A stretch of DNA of 40,238 nt, from contig JASMDC010000032.1 in NCBI GenBank assembly GCA_030753015.1, positions 1-40,238 on the forward strand, written 5' to 3'. The notes below the pieces were generated by a model, which saw only the letters and a program-made list of their open reading frames with translations, ran no database searches and was not told where the DNA came from. Positions 8,574-16,492 of this stretch are shown here, piece after piece. The first letter of the stretch is position 1; each line of letters starts with the position of its first letter. Source of the stretch: Candidatus Undinarchaeales archaeon (GTDB taxonomy: Archaea; SpSt-1190; JASMDC01). Both the position numbers and the translations under genes were made by a program.

Positions 8574-11500
8574 ATGAAGAGGGTGTGGTATCTTCTTGTT
8601 CTAGCGATTCTGTTCGTGGTTGTAATACCTCTGGCCACCTCAGGACAGGAGGTGACACACGATTATAAGCCATTCATGGAGCGGGTGGCTGCTTCTCGTA
8701 CAGGATCAAACTCATGCGGTCCGCCGTCCTCTTGGGACTGTAGTCACGGGAACGTCCAAGCGGACCTCATCATGGCACACTCGAGCCTTTACAGGCAGAC
8801 GGGTGAGCAGAAGTACCTCGATTGGATGCACGCTTACGCCGACCATAGTTCGACCAATGAGCAGACGGGTGCAGGCCCCGGGGACTACCGTAGCGGGGAG
8901 AAGGACCATGGGTGGTACATGGTCGGATACGCTATGGCCTACCTCGCTGAACCCGACTCCAGTAAGAAATCGACCTACAGCTCCTACCTCGATAATTTCG
9001 CGAACCAGGGTTCGATCGACGCTGGTCCGGTCAGCGGTGGCCAGGTAGGGAACGACCACGTGGCCATGGTCATCGGCTATTCCATGGCCTATGGTGCTGC
9101 AAAGAGCTCGACGGTCAAGGGGCACTTCAGTGGATTCGGCACACAGGAATCGGGCATCGGGTCCCGTACCCATGGTGAGTACATGCTAGGGTACGCTGAA
9201 GCGTATCTCGCTTCGGGTGAGAGCGGGTACAAGTCGACCCTCATCAGCCTGGCGAACACACGGCCCGCCGATCCCAACATCGGGTGCACGACCGGCCATG
9301 ACTGCCACAACGATGAATGGCAGGACCTCATGATCCTCGGTCTCGCCAAGACCTATGAGATAACCGGGACCGCCACTTACAAGGACGAGATGGTAGCGTA
9401 CGCCAACGTCAGGCCGCCCGATTCCTGCGGACCTCCCGACCATTGGGACTGCGGCGACAGCACCCTCCATGCGAACTCTATATTCGCCTATTCCAAGGTA
9501 TACCTCACAACGAACGACCAGACCTATCTCGGCTACCTCGACCAGCTGGGCGACCGTGCCATTAACGGCGCCCCGTGCGAGGTCGTGGGAGATGAGGTTC
9601 ATTGCTCGAGCGGTACGGGCCGGTTACTCATGGGCCTCCAGATCCTTGCCACCATCTACCCATACTTCGGTGAGATCTCGGTATCTCCGGAGACCGCCTC
9701 GACGGACCTGACCCTCTCGGTATCGGTACCTGTCGGTGACCTACCCAAGGTAGAGATCACCGCAGGATACTTCGGTCGATATGACTTCTCCGGCTGGCAG
9801 CAAGGGGTCGCATCCTGTGACTGCTGGCTCGGCGAAACGAGTTATGCAAGCTGCCTGAGCGGTTCTTCCGCAGGATTCCAGGTGGCCACGCCACAGGCCG
9901 GGAACCACACGATCCGAATCGCCTGTACGAACAAGGCGGGTTATACGAACACGCTCACATCCTGGGTCGTCGTATACCCCGATGGGATCCACATCGAACA
10001 TGACGACCTATCCTATGTGAACACGACGACCCATCAGGTCGAGCTCAACTACACCTCTGCCTACGAGGTGGACTGCTCGGCGACATTGATCGGTCCTTCC
10101 GGCACGACGAACCCCCCTATCTCCGGGGACGGAAAGAACGTCGGTACAGCCGCCATAGTCCTCACGCTCTCGCCCGACGGTGAGTACTCGCTCGACGTCG
10201 CCTGCCAGAACAGCCAAGGGAAACAGGCGTCCTTCAACCTCGCGTTCACCGCCGATATTGTCGCACCCGCGACCACGATCGCAGTATTGGAGGAGTACAA
10301 CGTCCAGCCCATCACGGTCGGCGCCACTCAGATAGGTGATGCAACGGCGGGGATCGATACCTGCCGAATCTTCGTTGACGGGGACCTGAGTGGTACGAAG
10401 GCGCCAACTGACGGTTCCGTATCTTGGGATCTCGACCTACCGGAGGCCAGCTACCATTTCAAGATATGCTGCTACGATAAGGCCGGGAACGAGGGATGCA
10501 CGGAGAAGATCTCACAGATCGACCTCACACCTTCGGCAACGCCCCACTCGACCTCTATCGGATTCACGACAGCCACACCATCTGCGACACCTCCGCCTTC
10601 AGGGACACCCTATCCGACCCTCACCCCTCCGCCCGACGTGGTCGTCACGGCCACGCCGGCACCGACACCCGCAGGCCCCTGCGAGCCACCGAGCGAGGAT
10701 GCCATCATCACAAGATGGAACGAGACACATGGAAGAGATTTAACCGATCTCGTCACCGCCAACAAGGCGGCGACGGTGACCCTCCCGTCACGTGATGCAG
10801 AAGGATTCGCATCCGCCCGGGAAGAGGCTGCAGCGCTCATGCGCGTAATGAACGACGAGTACCTCAAGCATTCGTGTGATGTGGGTGTTTTCACCGTTGT
10901 GTTCACAGATGCGGAGACCTCGTACACATCGACACGTGGAGCGGTCGAGTATCTCGAAGCAGGATACATAACCGATGAGCAGTTCATCAACGCCATGCAG
11001 GAGGCGGGCCCAACACCCTTGCCCCCTGAGGAGGTGACCACACCCACCCCGCCACCGGGCGTATCGATCGCACCCACACCGACGATCGGTGTAGTGATAC
11101 CTACAGAGGGTCCGAGCCCTACACCACGAGAAACGGGCGGACTTAGCGGGCTTTCGACACCGACACCAGAACCGTCCGCGACAGCAGAGCCAACAAAGGT
11201 ACCCACATCAGCACCGACCGATACACCGACAGCCACCGCGAAGCCAGGACCCACGGAGCAGGGGAGCTATGTGGCGACCATAACCCCCGGTGCAACAGCA
11301 GGGCCTACGAGCAAGACTGGTGGCGACTCGACCCCACCTCCAACACCCACGGTAGAGCCCATCAAGATCGACGAGGTGGATGTCGACTTCGATCCTGAGA
11401 TGGATGATGTTCGAAAGGAGGATACTGCTAAGGACAGCGTCGCCGAGGCGCTCGAATCCATCGCAGCGACCCGTGGTGAAGGTCTCGATACTAACGAGGC

Positions 11501-12008
11501 CGAGGAATACATCAAACTCGCGGAGGATCGTATCGCCTCAGGGCAGTACGAGGAAGCCGTGAAGTATGCATGGGTGGCCAAGCGTCGTGCGGACGAGGTG
11601 GCCGGCAGGATCTCAGAGCCCTGGAGCTATGTCAACGAGAAACAGCGCTCATCGTTCCCTTTCCAGATCGACTCGACGCTCGCGGCCCTTCTTGGCGGTG
11701 CGCTGATAGTGATGATCGCGGGTCTTGCGTTCTTCGTGAGAGCACAGGCCGGTGGTGTCGACAGCGAGCTCATGGATTACATAGACGGACGACGTGAAGA
11801 CGGGTTCGATGACGATGAGATCGTTAGCGCTCTTCTCGATGCGGGCTATGATAAGGAGGAGATATACGCTGCTTTCGGTCTCGATGTGCCCATAGAGATC
11901 GGAGAGGAGGCCGAGGTGGTCACAGAGGAAGAAGGGGCCGAGGTCACGGAGAGCGTAGAAGAAGTGGATAGCGAGGACTATGTCAGTGGCGAGCCAAAAG
12001 AAGAGTGA
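8574..12008 (+). CDS. Large membrane-anchored glycoprotein B, paralog of 5218-8550
   Basis: Same architecture as A, with shared motifs (CGPPxxWxC, EKDH, QVGNDHxAMVIGY, YDxS...SCxC...CLSGS, CTNxAG, DIxxP, CxDxxGN). ATG 8574 lies about 25 nt after AAATATAAAT (8543-8552); GTG 8568 is the alternative start. The cytoplasmic tail carries a small helical motif, LMDYI...GFDDDEIVSALLDAGYDKEEI. Confidence 0.88.
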   Translation: MKRVWYLLVLAILFVVVIPLATSGQEVTHDYKPFMERVAASRTGSNSCGPPSSWDCSHGNVQADLIMAHSSLYRQTGEQKYLDWMHAYADHSSTNEQTGAGPGDYRSGEKDHGWYMVGYAMAYLAEPDSSKKSTYSSYLDNFANQGSIDAGPVSGGQVGNDHVAMVIGYSMAYGAAKSSTVKGHFSGFGTQESGIGSRTHGEYMLGYAEAYLASGESGYKSTLISLANTRPADPNIGCTTGHDCHNDEWQDLMILGLAKTYEITGTATYKDEMVAYANVRPPDSCGPPDHWDCGDSTLHANSIFAYSKVYLTTNDQTYLGYLDQLGDRAINGAPCEVVGDEVHCSSGTGRLLMGLQILATIYPYFGEISVSPETASTDLTLSVSVPVGDLPKVEITAGYFGRYDFSGWQQGVASCDCWLGETSYASCLSGSSAGFQVATPQAGNHTIRIACTNKAGYTNTLTSWVVVYPDGIHIEHDDLSYVNTTTHQVELNYTSAYEVDCSATLIGPSGTTNPPISGDGKNVGTAAIVLTLSPDGEYSLDVACQNSQGKQASFNLAFTADIVAPATTIAVLEEYNVQPITVGATQIGDATAGIDTCRIFVDGDLSGTKAPTDGSVSWDLDLPEASYHFKICCYDKAGNEGCTEKISQIDLTPSATPHSTSIGFTTATPSATPPPSGTPYPTLTPPPDVVVTATPAPTPAGPCEPPSEDAIITRWNETHGRDLTDLVTANKAATVTLPSRDAEGFASAREEAAALMRVMNDEYLKHSCDVGVFTVVFTDAETSYTSTRGAVEYLEAGYITDEQFINAMQEAGPTPLPPEEVTTPTPPPGVSIAPTPTIGVVIPTEGPSPTPRETGGLSGLSTPTPEPSATAEPTKVPTSAPTDTPTATAKPGPTEQGSYVATITPGATAGPTSKTGGDSTPPPTPTVEPIKIDEVDVDFDPEMDDVRKEDTAKDSVAEALESIAATRGEGLDTNEAEEYIKLAEDRIASGQYEEAVKYAWVAKRRADEVAGRISEPWSYVNEKQRSSFPFQIDSTLAALLGGALIVMIAGLAFFVRAQAGGVDSELMDYIDGRREDGFDDDEIVSALLDAGYDKEEIYAAFGLDVPIEIGEEAEVVTEEEGAEVTESVEEVDSEDYVSGEPKEE

Positions 12009-13245
12009 CAAGGTCGTCCGAGACCCCATCCATGGGAACATCTCCGTACATCCGGAGGAGCTCAGGCTCATCGACACACCCGTGTTCCAACGACTTCGCC
12101 GAATAAAGCAGCTCGGCTTCGCGTACCTTGTGTTCCCGACGGCCGTGCACACACGTTTCGAGCATAGCCTCGGTACGATGCACATCGCCTCACGCATAGC
12201 CGAGCATCTCGCTCTTGACACGGTCCCGCTCCTGCGCACCGCTGCCCTTCTCCACGATATCGGCCACGGGCCGTTCTCCCACTCGTCCGAGCTCATCGTC
12301 GAGACCTACTTCAAGGAGCATCATGAGGCAATCACCGGTGACAAGATACGACAGCCCGACGTCGCCGGCGCCATCGAACTTGCCGGGCTCGATGTCGAGG
12401 AGGTCGTTTCCCTGGCCACGGGAGCTGGATCGACCTACCAGAACAAGATCATCTCGAGCGAGATGGATGCCGATATTCTCGACTACATGCTACGCGACTC
12501 GTATTATACGGGCGTCGCGTTCGGGACCGTCGATCTCGATCGGATCATTTCGAGCCTCGAGGTATGGAACGACCGGCTCGTGATATCGGGCAAGAGCCAG
12601 TACAATGCAGAGAGTCTGCTCGTTGCACGCTACCTCATGTGGCCTGTCGTGTACCTTCATAGGACCGAATGCATCGCCGACTGCATGCTCGTCAGGGCCA
12701 TGGTTCGCGCGGTCGAGGACGGCTCGCTCTCCGCTCAGGAGATCTATCGCATGGACGACTACGAGGTCACCGCATACCTCCTGTCTCTGGATGGATATCC
12801 GGCGGACATCATGGGGCGCCTCAACGACCGCAAGCTCTTCGTCCAGCTGGACACCAAGGGCAGGAGCGACCTCACTCCTGAAACACTAGCTCGGCTCATC
12901 GCCCTGCGGGAGGATCCGCAACGAAGCCTTGCTATGGAGAACGCCCTTGCCGACGAGCTCGATGTTCCCAGAGGGTACCTGACAGTCGACGTGCTCAAGC
13001 CTCCTCAGAAGTCGGTCCGCGATTCACCACGTGTCATCCCCGATATCCTCGTGCGGCACGGAGAGGAGGTCGTCCGCATCGACCGGCTCTCGCGTCTTGC
13101 ACGCGCGCTTACAGCAGGGACGTGGGACCACTGGTTCTGTTCTGTGTACGTCGCGGACGAGCACGCGGACAGCGCCAAGGACACGATAGTAAAGAAGGCC
13201 ATTAACTCCCCGCTGCAATATTTAAGTGATTGCATCCTCTCGTGA
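11980..13245 (+). CDS. HD-superfamily phosphohydrolase, SAMHD1-like dNTP triphosphohydrolase family
   Basis: Motifs RDPIHG, FQRLRRIKQLG, HTRFEHSLG, ALLHDIGHGPFSH, DADxLDY..RD, VYxH. The start (ATG 11980 or GTG 11986, after GAGGA) overlaps the end of the upstream gene. Confidence 0.92.
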   Translation: MSVASQKKSDKVVRDPIHGNISVHPEELRLIDTPVFQRLRRIKQLGFAYLVFPTAVHTRFEHSLGTMHIASRIAEHLALDTVPLLRTAALLHDIGHGPFSHSSELIVETYFKEHHEAITGDKIRQPDVAGAIELAGLDVEEVVSLATGAGSTYQNKIISSEMDADILDYMLRDSYYTGVAFGTVDLDRIISSLEVWNDRLVISGKSQYNAESLLVARYLMWPVVYLHRTECIADCMLVRAMVRAVEDGSLSAQEIYRMDDYEVTAYLLSLDGYPADIMGRLNDRKLFVQLDTKGRSDLTPETLARLIALREDPQRSLAMENALADELDVPRGYLTVDVLKPPQKSVRDSPRVIPDILVRHGEEVVRIDRLSRLARALTAGTWDHWFCSVYVADEHADSAKDTIVKKAINSPLQYLSDCILS

Positions 13246-13248
13246 GCC

Positions 13249-14184
13249 GTGACCACTCGCGCTGCTATCGGTCTCGCGATCGTCATTATCAGTATCGGGT
13301 GCATGATCATGCTCGCCCCAGGGCCCGAGGAGCCCACCGGCCCCGCACCCACACAACCACCCGGACCATCACCCACTCCCTACATCGATCCCTTCACCCT
13401 CGCGATCACCGAGTGTACTCTCCTTGGCGGAGAAGCGGCGGACCGGTGCCTTCTCAACCGTACCATGGTGATCGGCAACGCATCCATGTGCGGCCTTATC
13501 AACACGACCCTGGTCCATGACTGGTGCGAGCGTGACATGGCGAAGCTACGCCACGAACCTGAGAGGTGTGATGCCGTCGAGACCGAACTCGTCCGAAATG
13601 AGTGCTTCGTAGAGCTTTCCGACCTCACCAAGGATCCGGCCCTTTGTGCCAACATCACGGGCGGCGGTTACAAGGACGTCTGCCTCCAGCGAGCGGTGAC
13701 CATTACCCAGAACGTCTCTCTCTGTAGTGAGATCGTTCGCCAGCGTATGCGTGACGGGTGCTGGTACGACGTGGCGCTTAACACCAAGGAGCCCGGCCTC
13801 TGTGACAATATCAGCGATCCTGCGATCAAGGACGGGTGTATCAATTATGTGGCGACCGTCAGCCTCAACGCCACCCGATGCGTGGGTATCCAGAACGCGA
13901 CCTACAAGGACACCTGTTATGAGTCGCTCGCAAAGCTAACGAAGGTCGGAACGGTCTGTCTCGACATCGGGGATGGCGTGCAGCGTGAGGGATGTCTCGT
14001 GGAAGTCGGGACCAAGACGAACGACGCCGATACGTGCCTTCATGTGACGGACCAGGGGACAAGGGAACGGTGCGTCTACACCGTTGCTCGTGCAATCGGC
14101 GACGGGAGCCTGTGCGAGCACATCACCGATCCTGAGCTTAAAGTTACCTGCACGAGCAGACTTGGCTCCGGGACCGGATCGTGA
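13249..14184 (+). CDS. N-terminally anchored Cys-repeat protein (10 x ~26-aa C-x11-C-x13 units)
   Basis: N-terminal hydrophobic helix and Pro-rich linker, then repeats such as CGLINTTLVHDWC, CDNISDPAIKDGC and CEHITDPELKVTC. Confidence 0.85.
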   Translation: MTTRAAIGLAIVIISIGCMIMLAPGPEEPTGPAPTQPPGPSPTPYIDPFTLAITECTLLGGEAADRCLLNRTMVIGNASMCGLINTTLVHDWCERDMAKLRHEPERCDAVETELVRNECFVELSDLTKDPALCANITGGGYKDVCLQRAVTITQNVSLCSEIVRQRMRDGCWYDVALNTKEPGLCDNISDPAIKDGCINYVATVSLNATRCVGIQNATYKDTCYESLAKLTKVGTVCLDIGDGVQREGCLVEVGTKTNDADTCLHVTDQGTRERCVYTVARAIGDGSLCEHITDPELKVTCTSRLGSGTGS

Positions 14185-14190
14185 TACCCC

Positions 14191-15735
14191 TCAGCCACCT
14201 TTTACCTTGAAGAGCCATACATCGGCCCGGATGAACGAATGATGCTCGACCTCGTCGAATCTTTCGTGGAGGAGCGTCATGAAATCGGTCTCAGGCTCAC
14301 GATGGGAACGGACGAACCACACGTACCGCGGAGAGCGCTCGTCAAGCGCAGTGGAAATCCGCTCGACATCTTCGCGAGTGCCTCCCATGAGCTCCACGCG
14401 TCGCGATGAGCCGTGTTGACGGAAGTAGTAATCGAACGAGGTGGCGCTCCAGGTGTGGCCGATGATGAGAGCGTCTGGGTACCGACGGTCGTTGGTGACG
14501 ATGTGTCCGATCGCCTCGCGCACCTGCTCCTTGTAAGGGGTGCCGTAGAAGTCCATACGAAGGACGAGGTCACCGAGGAAGAACGCACATAGCACGGTGG
14601 CGACCAGTGCGAACCTACGTGGATCTGGTACGAGCCTGTCCACGGCTCTGGCCAGAAGGAGGTAAGCTGCCGGGAGGGAGATAATGAGGTTACGGTGCAC
14701 GAGGACCGGATTCGAGACGACGGACACCGTGTACGTGACAAGGAAGGGCAACACCAACCATGCGAGGACGATACCGTCTGGTGACCATGCGAACAGTTTT
14801 ACGGTTCTTAGGTCAATGGGGCCATCGTTCTCTCGAAAGATGACTGCAGCCAGTGATGCGTAGAGGATGCCTACGAGCACCAAGAGATATCGGGAGCGGT
14901 TGAAGAGGAAGTAAAGAAAGGCCGCGAAAGCGAACACAGGCTCACCGGGCCTCTCGATCCAGCTGATGTTCGTCCTTGCACCGAACTGGGCCAGCATGGT
15001 AGGTATCCACGGTGCGAATCCCAAGAACACGATCAGGTACATGGTCATGCTCCTGTGGAGGACCCGTCGGTCCCCGATCGACTTCAAGAACGCCCCGGCG
15101 GCCTGAAGACCCACCATGAGGAGACCGAAATAGTGCGTGTATGCGGCCAGGAGCGCGTATCCACTGTATCCTACTATGTACGCGTTATGTATGTGGCGGT
15201 CCATATCACGCGTCGTCATCAGCTCGAACCAGAACCAGTGGGCCATAGAGACGAACAAGAGCATGAGCGCGTTCCCGCGGGCCTCCTGGCTGAAGTACAC
15301 TGGGCACCAGCATACTGCCGTGAGCCCGGCCGCGAGCAGACCGGAACGACGACCGTAGGTCCTCGAACCGATGGCGTACACGACGAGGACGGTCAACACT
15401 CCGGCCACGGCGGACGGCATCCGCAGATGCCACTCAGTATCACCTACATCCAGAACAACGTAATGGACGAGTACGAGATAGAAGGGTGGATGGACATCAC
15501 GGTACATGGCCTCATCGATGACGGTATCGACATCAGCGAACGATGTACGACGCCAGGTCGCGAGCTCGTCGGACCAAAGGGACTGTGCATCAAGTCCATA
15601 GAAACGAAGGCCGACTCCCAGGAGGAGTATCGCCAGAAGTACTACGCGAGCGGTCGCTGCATTAGTATCACTGGCAGTTCTTTCATCACGTTCGACCAGA
15701 CATTGAACCTCCCGTAAGCATGGGTGACCAAGCAC
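14191..15735 (-). CDS. GT-C fold polytopic glycosyltransferase (PMT/ArnT-like; uses a lipid-phosphate sugar donor); start codon uncertain
   Basis: LR...QSLWSDE, DVHPPFY, LRMPS, YFSQEAR, YTHYF motifs; many TM segments; C-terminal extracellular domain. Confidence 0.88.
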   Translation of the reverse strand: MLGHPCLREVQCLVERDERTASDTNAATARVVLLAILLLGVGLRFYGLDAQSLWSDELATWRRTSFADVDTVIDEAMYRDVHPPFYLVLVHYVVLDVGDTEWHLRMPSAVAGVLTVLVVYAIGSRTYGRRSGLLAAGLTAVCWCPVYFSQEARGNALMLLFVSMAHWFWFELMTTRDMDRHIHNAYIVGYSGYALLAAYTHYFGLLMVGLQAAGAFLKSIGDRRVLHRSMTMYLIVFLGFAPWIPTMLAQFGARTNISWIERPGEPVFAFAAFLYFLFNRSRYLLVLVGILYASLAAVIFRENDGPIDLRTVKLFAWSPDGIVLAWLVLPFLVTYTVSVVSNPVLVHRNLIISLPAAYLLLARAVDRLVPDPRRFALVATVLCAFFLGDLVLRMDFYGTPYKEQVREAIGHIVTNDRRYPDALIIGHTWSATSFDYYFRQHGSSRRVELMGGTREDVERISTALDERSPRYVWFVRSHREPETDFMTLLHERFDEVEHHSFIRADVWLFKVKGG

Positions 15736-15764
15736 TTTTATTCTTTCGCGCAGGAGATGAAGAC

Positions 15765-16481
15765 ATGTCCGCTGATTGGACGACGCTGTCCATCGTGCTC
15801 CCGACCTTCAACGAGCGCGAGAACATCGTTGGGCTAATCGAGCAGCTAAGAGAGCTCTTCGAGGAGCGGGGCTATCGAGGAGAGGTCATCGTTGTTGACG
15901 ACGACAGTCCCGATGGTACCGGACAAGCGGTCGAGGAACTAGCGTCCGGCTGGAAGAACGTTCGGCTCGAGACCCGTCGCAACGAGCGCGGCATCGGCTC
16001 TGCGCATGCAAGGGGGTACGACCTCTCAAAGGGCGATGTCATCATCACCATGGACGTTGACGGTTCCCATGACGTCGCCGACATCCCACGGCTCCTCGAC
16101 CGGCTATCGGACGGGTACGACGTGGTCATCGGCTCTCGGTACGTTCGTGGCGGTGGGACGGACAAGCCGTTCGCCAACCGGCTCATCAGCCTCCTGGGCG
16201 GGCAGTACGCCAGGCTAACTCTGCGTCTGGGCGTCGTCGACAGCACCAACGGGTTCAGGGCGTTCCGACGCAAGGTCTGGGAGCGCATCCGTCATCACCG
16301 GTACAGCGAGCGCAACGTCTTTCTAATAGAGTTCCTCTATCATGCACGAAGGTCGAGAGCACTGATGACCGAGGTGCCCGTGTTCTTCCGAGAGAGGACC
16401 TTGGGCGAATCAAAGACACCCGTGCTTCAAGAGAGCGTGAAGGCATTGATGCTGCCGATACGGCTGCGCCTGGGAGGATAG
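15765..16481 (+). CDS. GT2 polyprenol/dolichol-phosphate glycosyltransferase (DPM1-like)
   Basis: SIVLPTFNE, VVDDDSPDGT, MDVDGSH (DxD), IGSRY, DSTNGFRAF, EVP..F.ER..GESK. ATG 15765 follows GGAG. Confidence 0.92.
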   Translation: MSADWTTLSIVLPTFNERENIVGLIEQLRELFEERGYRGEVIVVDDDSPDGTGQAVEELASGWKNVRLETRRNERGIGSAHARGYDLSKGDVIITMDVDGSHDVADIPRLLDRLSDGYDVVIGSRYVRGGGTDKPFANRLISLLGGQYARLTLRLGVVDSTNGFRAFRRKVWERIRHHRYSERNVFLIEFLYHARRSRALMTEVPVFFRERTLGESKTPVLQESVKALMLPIRLRLGG

Positions 16482-16492
16482 ACGGTGAGGTT

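Noticed and set aside
5350-9620. Thioester (A2M/complement CxEQ) site in the helical-barrel heads
   Set aside because: No CxEQ is present. The Cys residues mostly occur as loop pairs (CGPPxxWxC), better explained as disulfides, and C-x5-Q spacing does not match the thioester motif.
7590-11360. Pro/Thr-coding repeats as a possible CRISPR array or VNTR
   Set aside because: They are degenerate at the DNA level, in-frame coding, and have no constant repeat-spacer structure.
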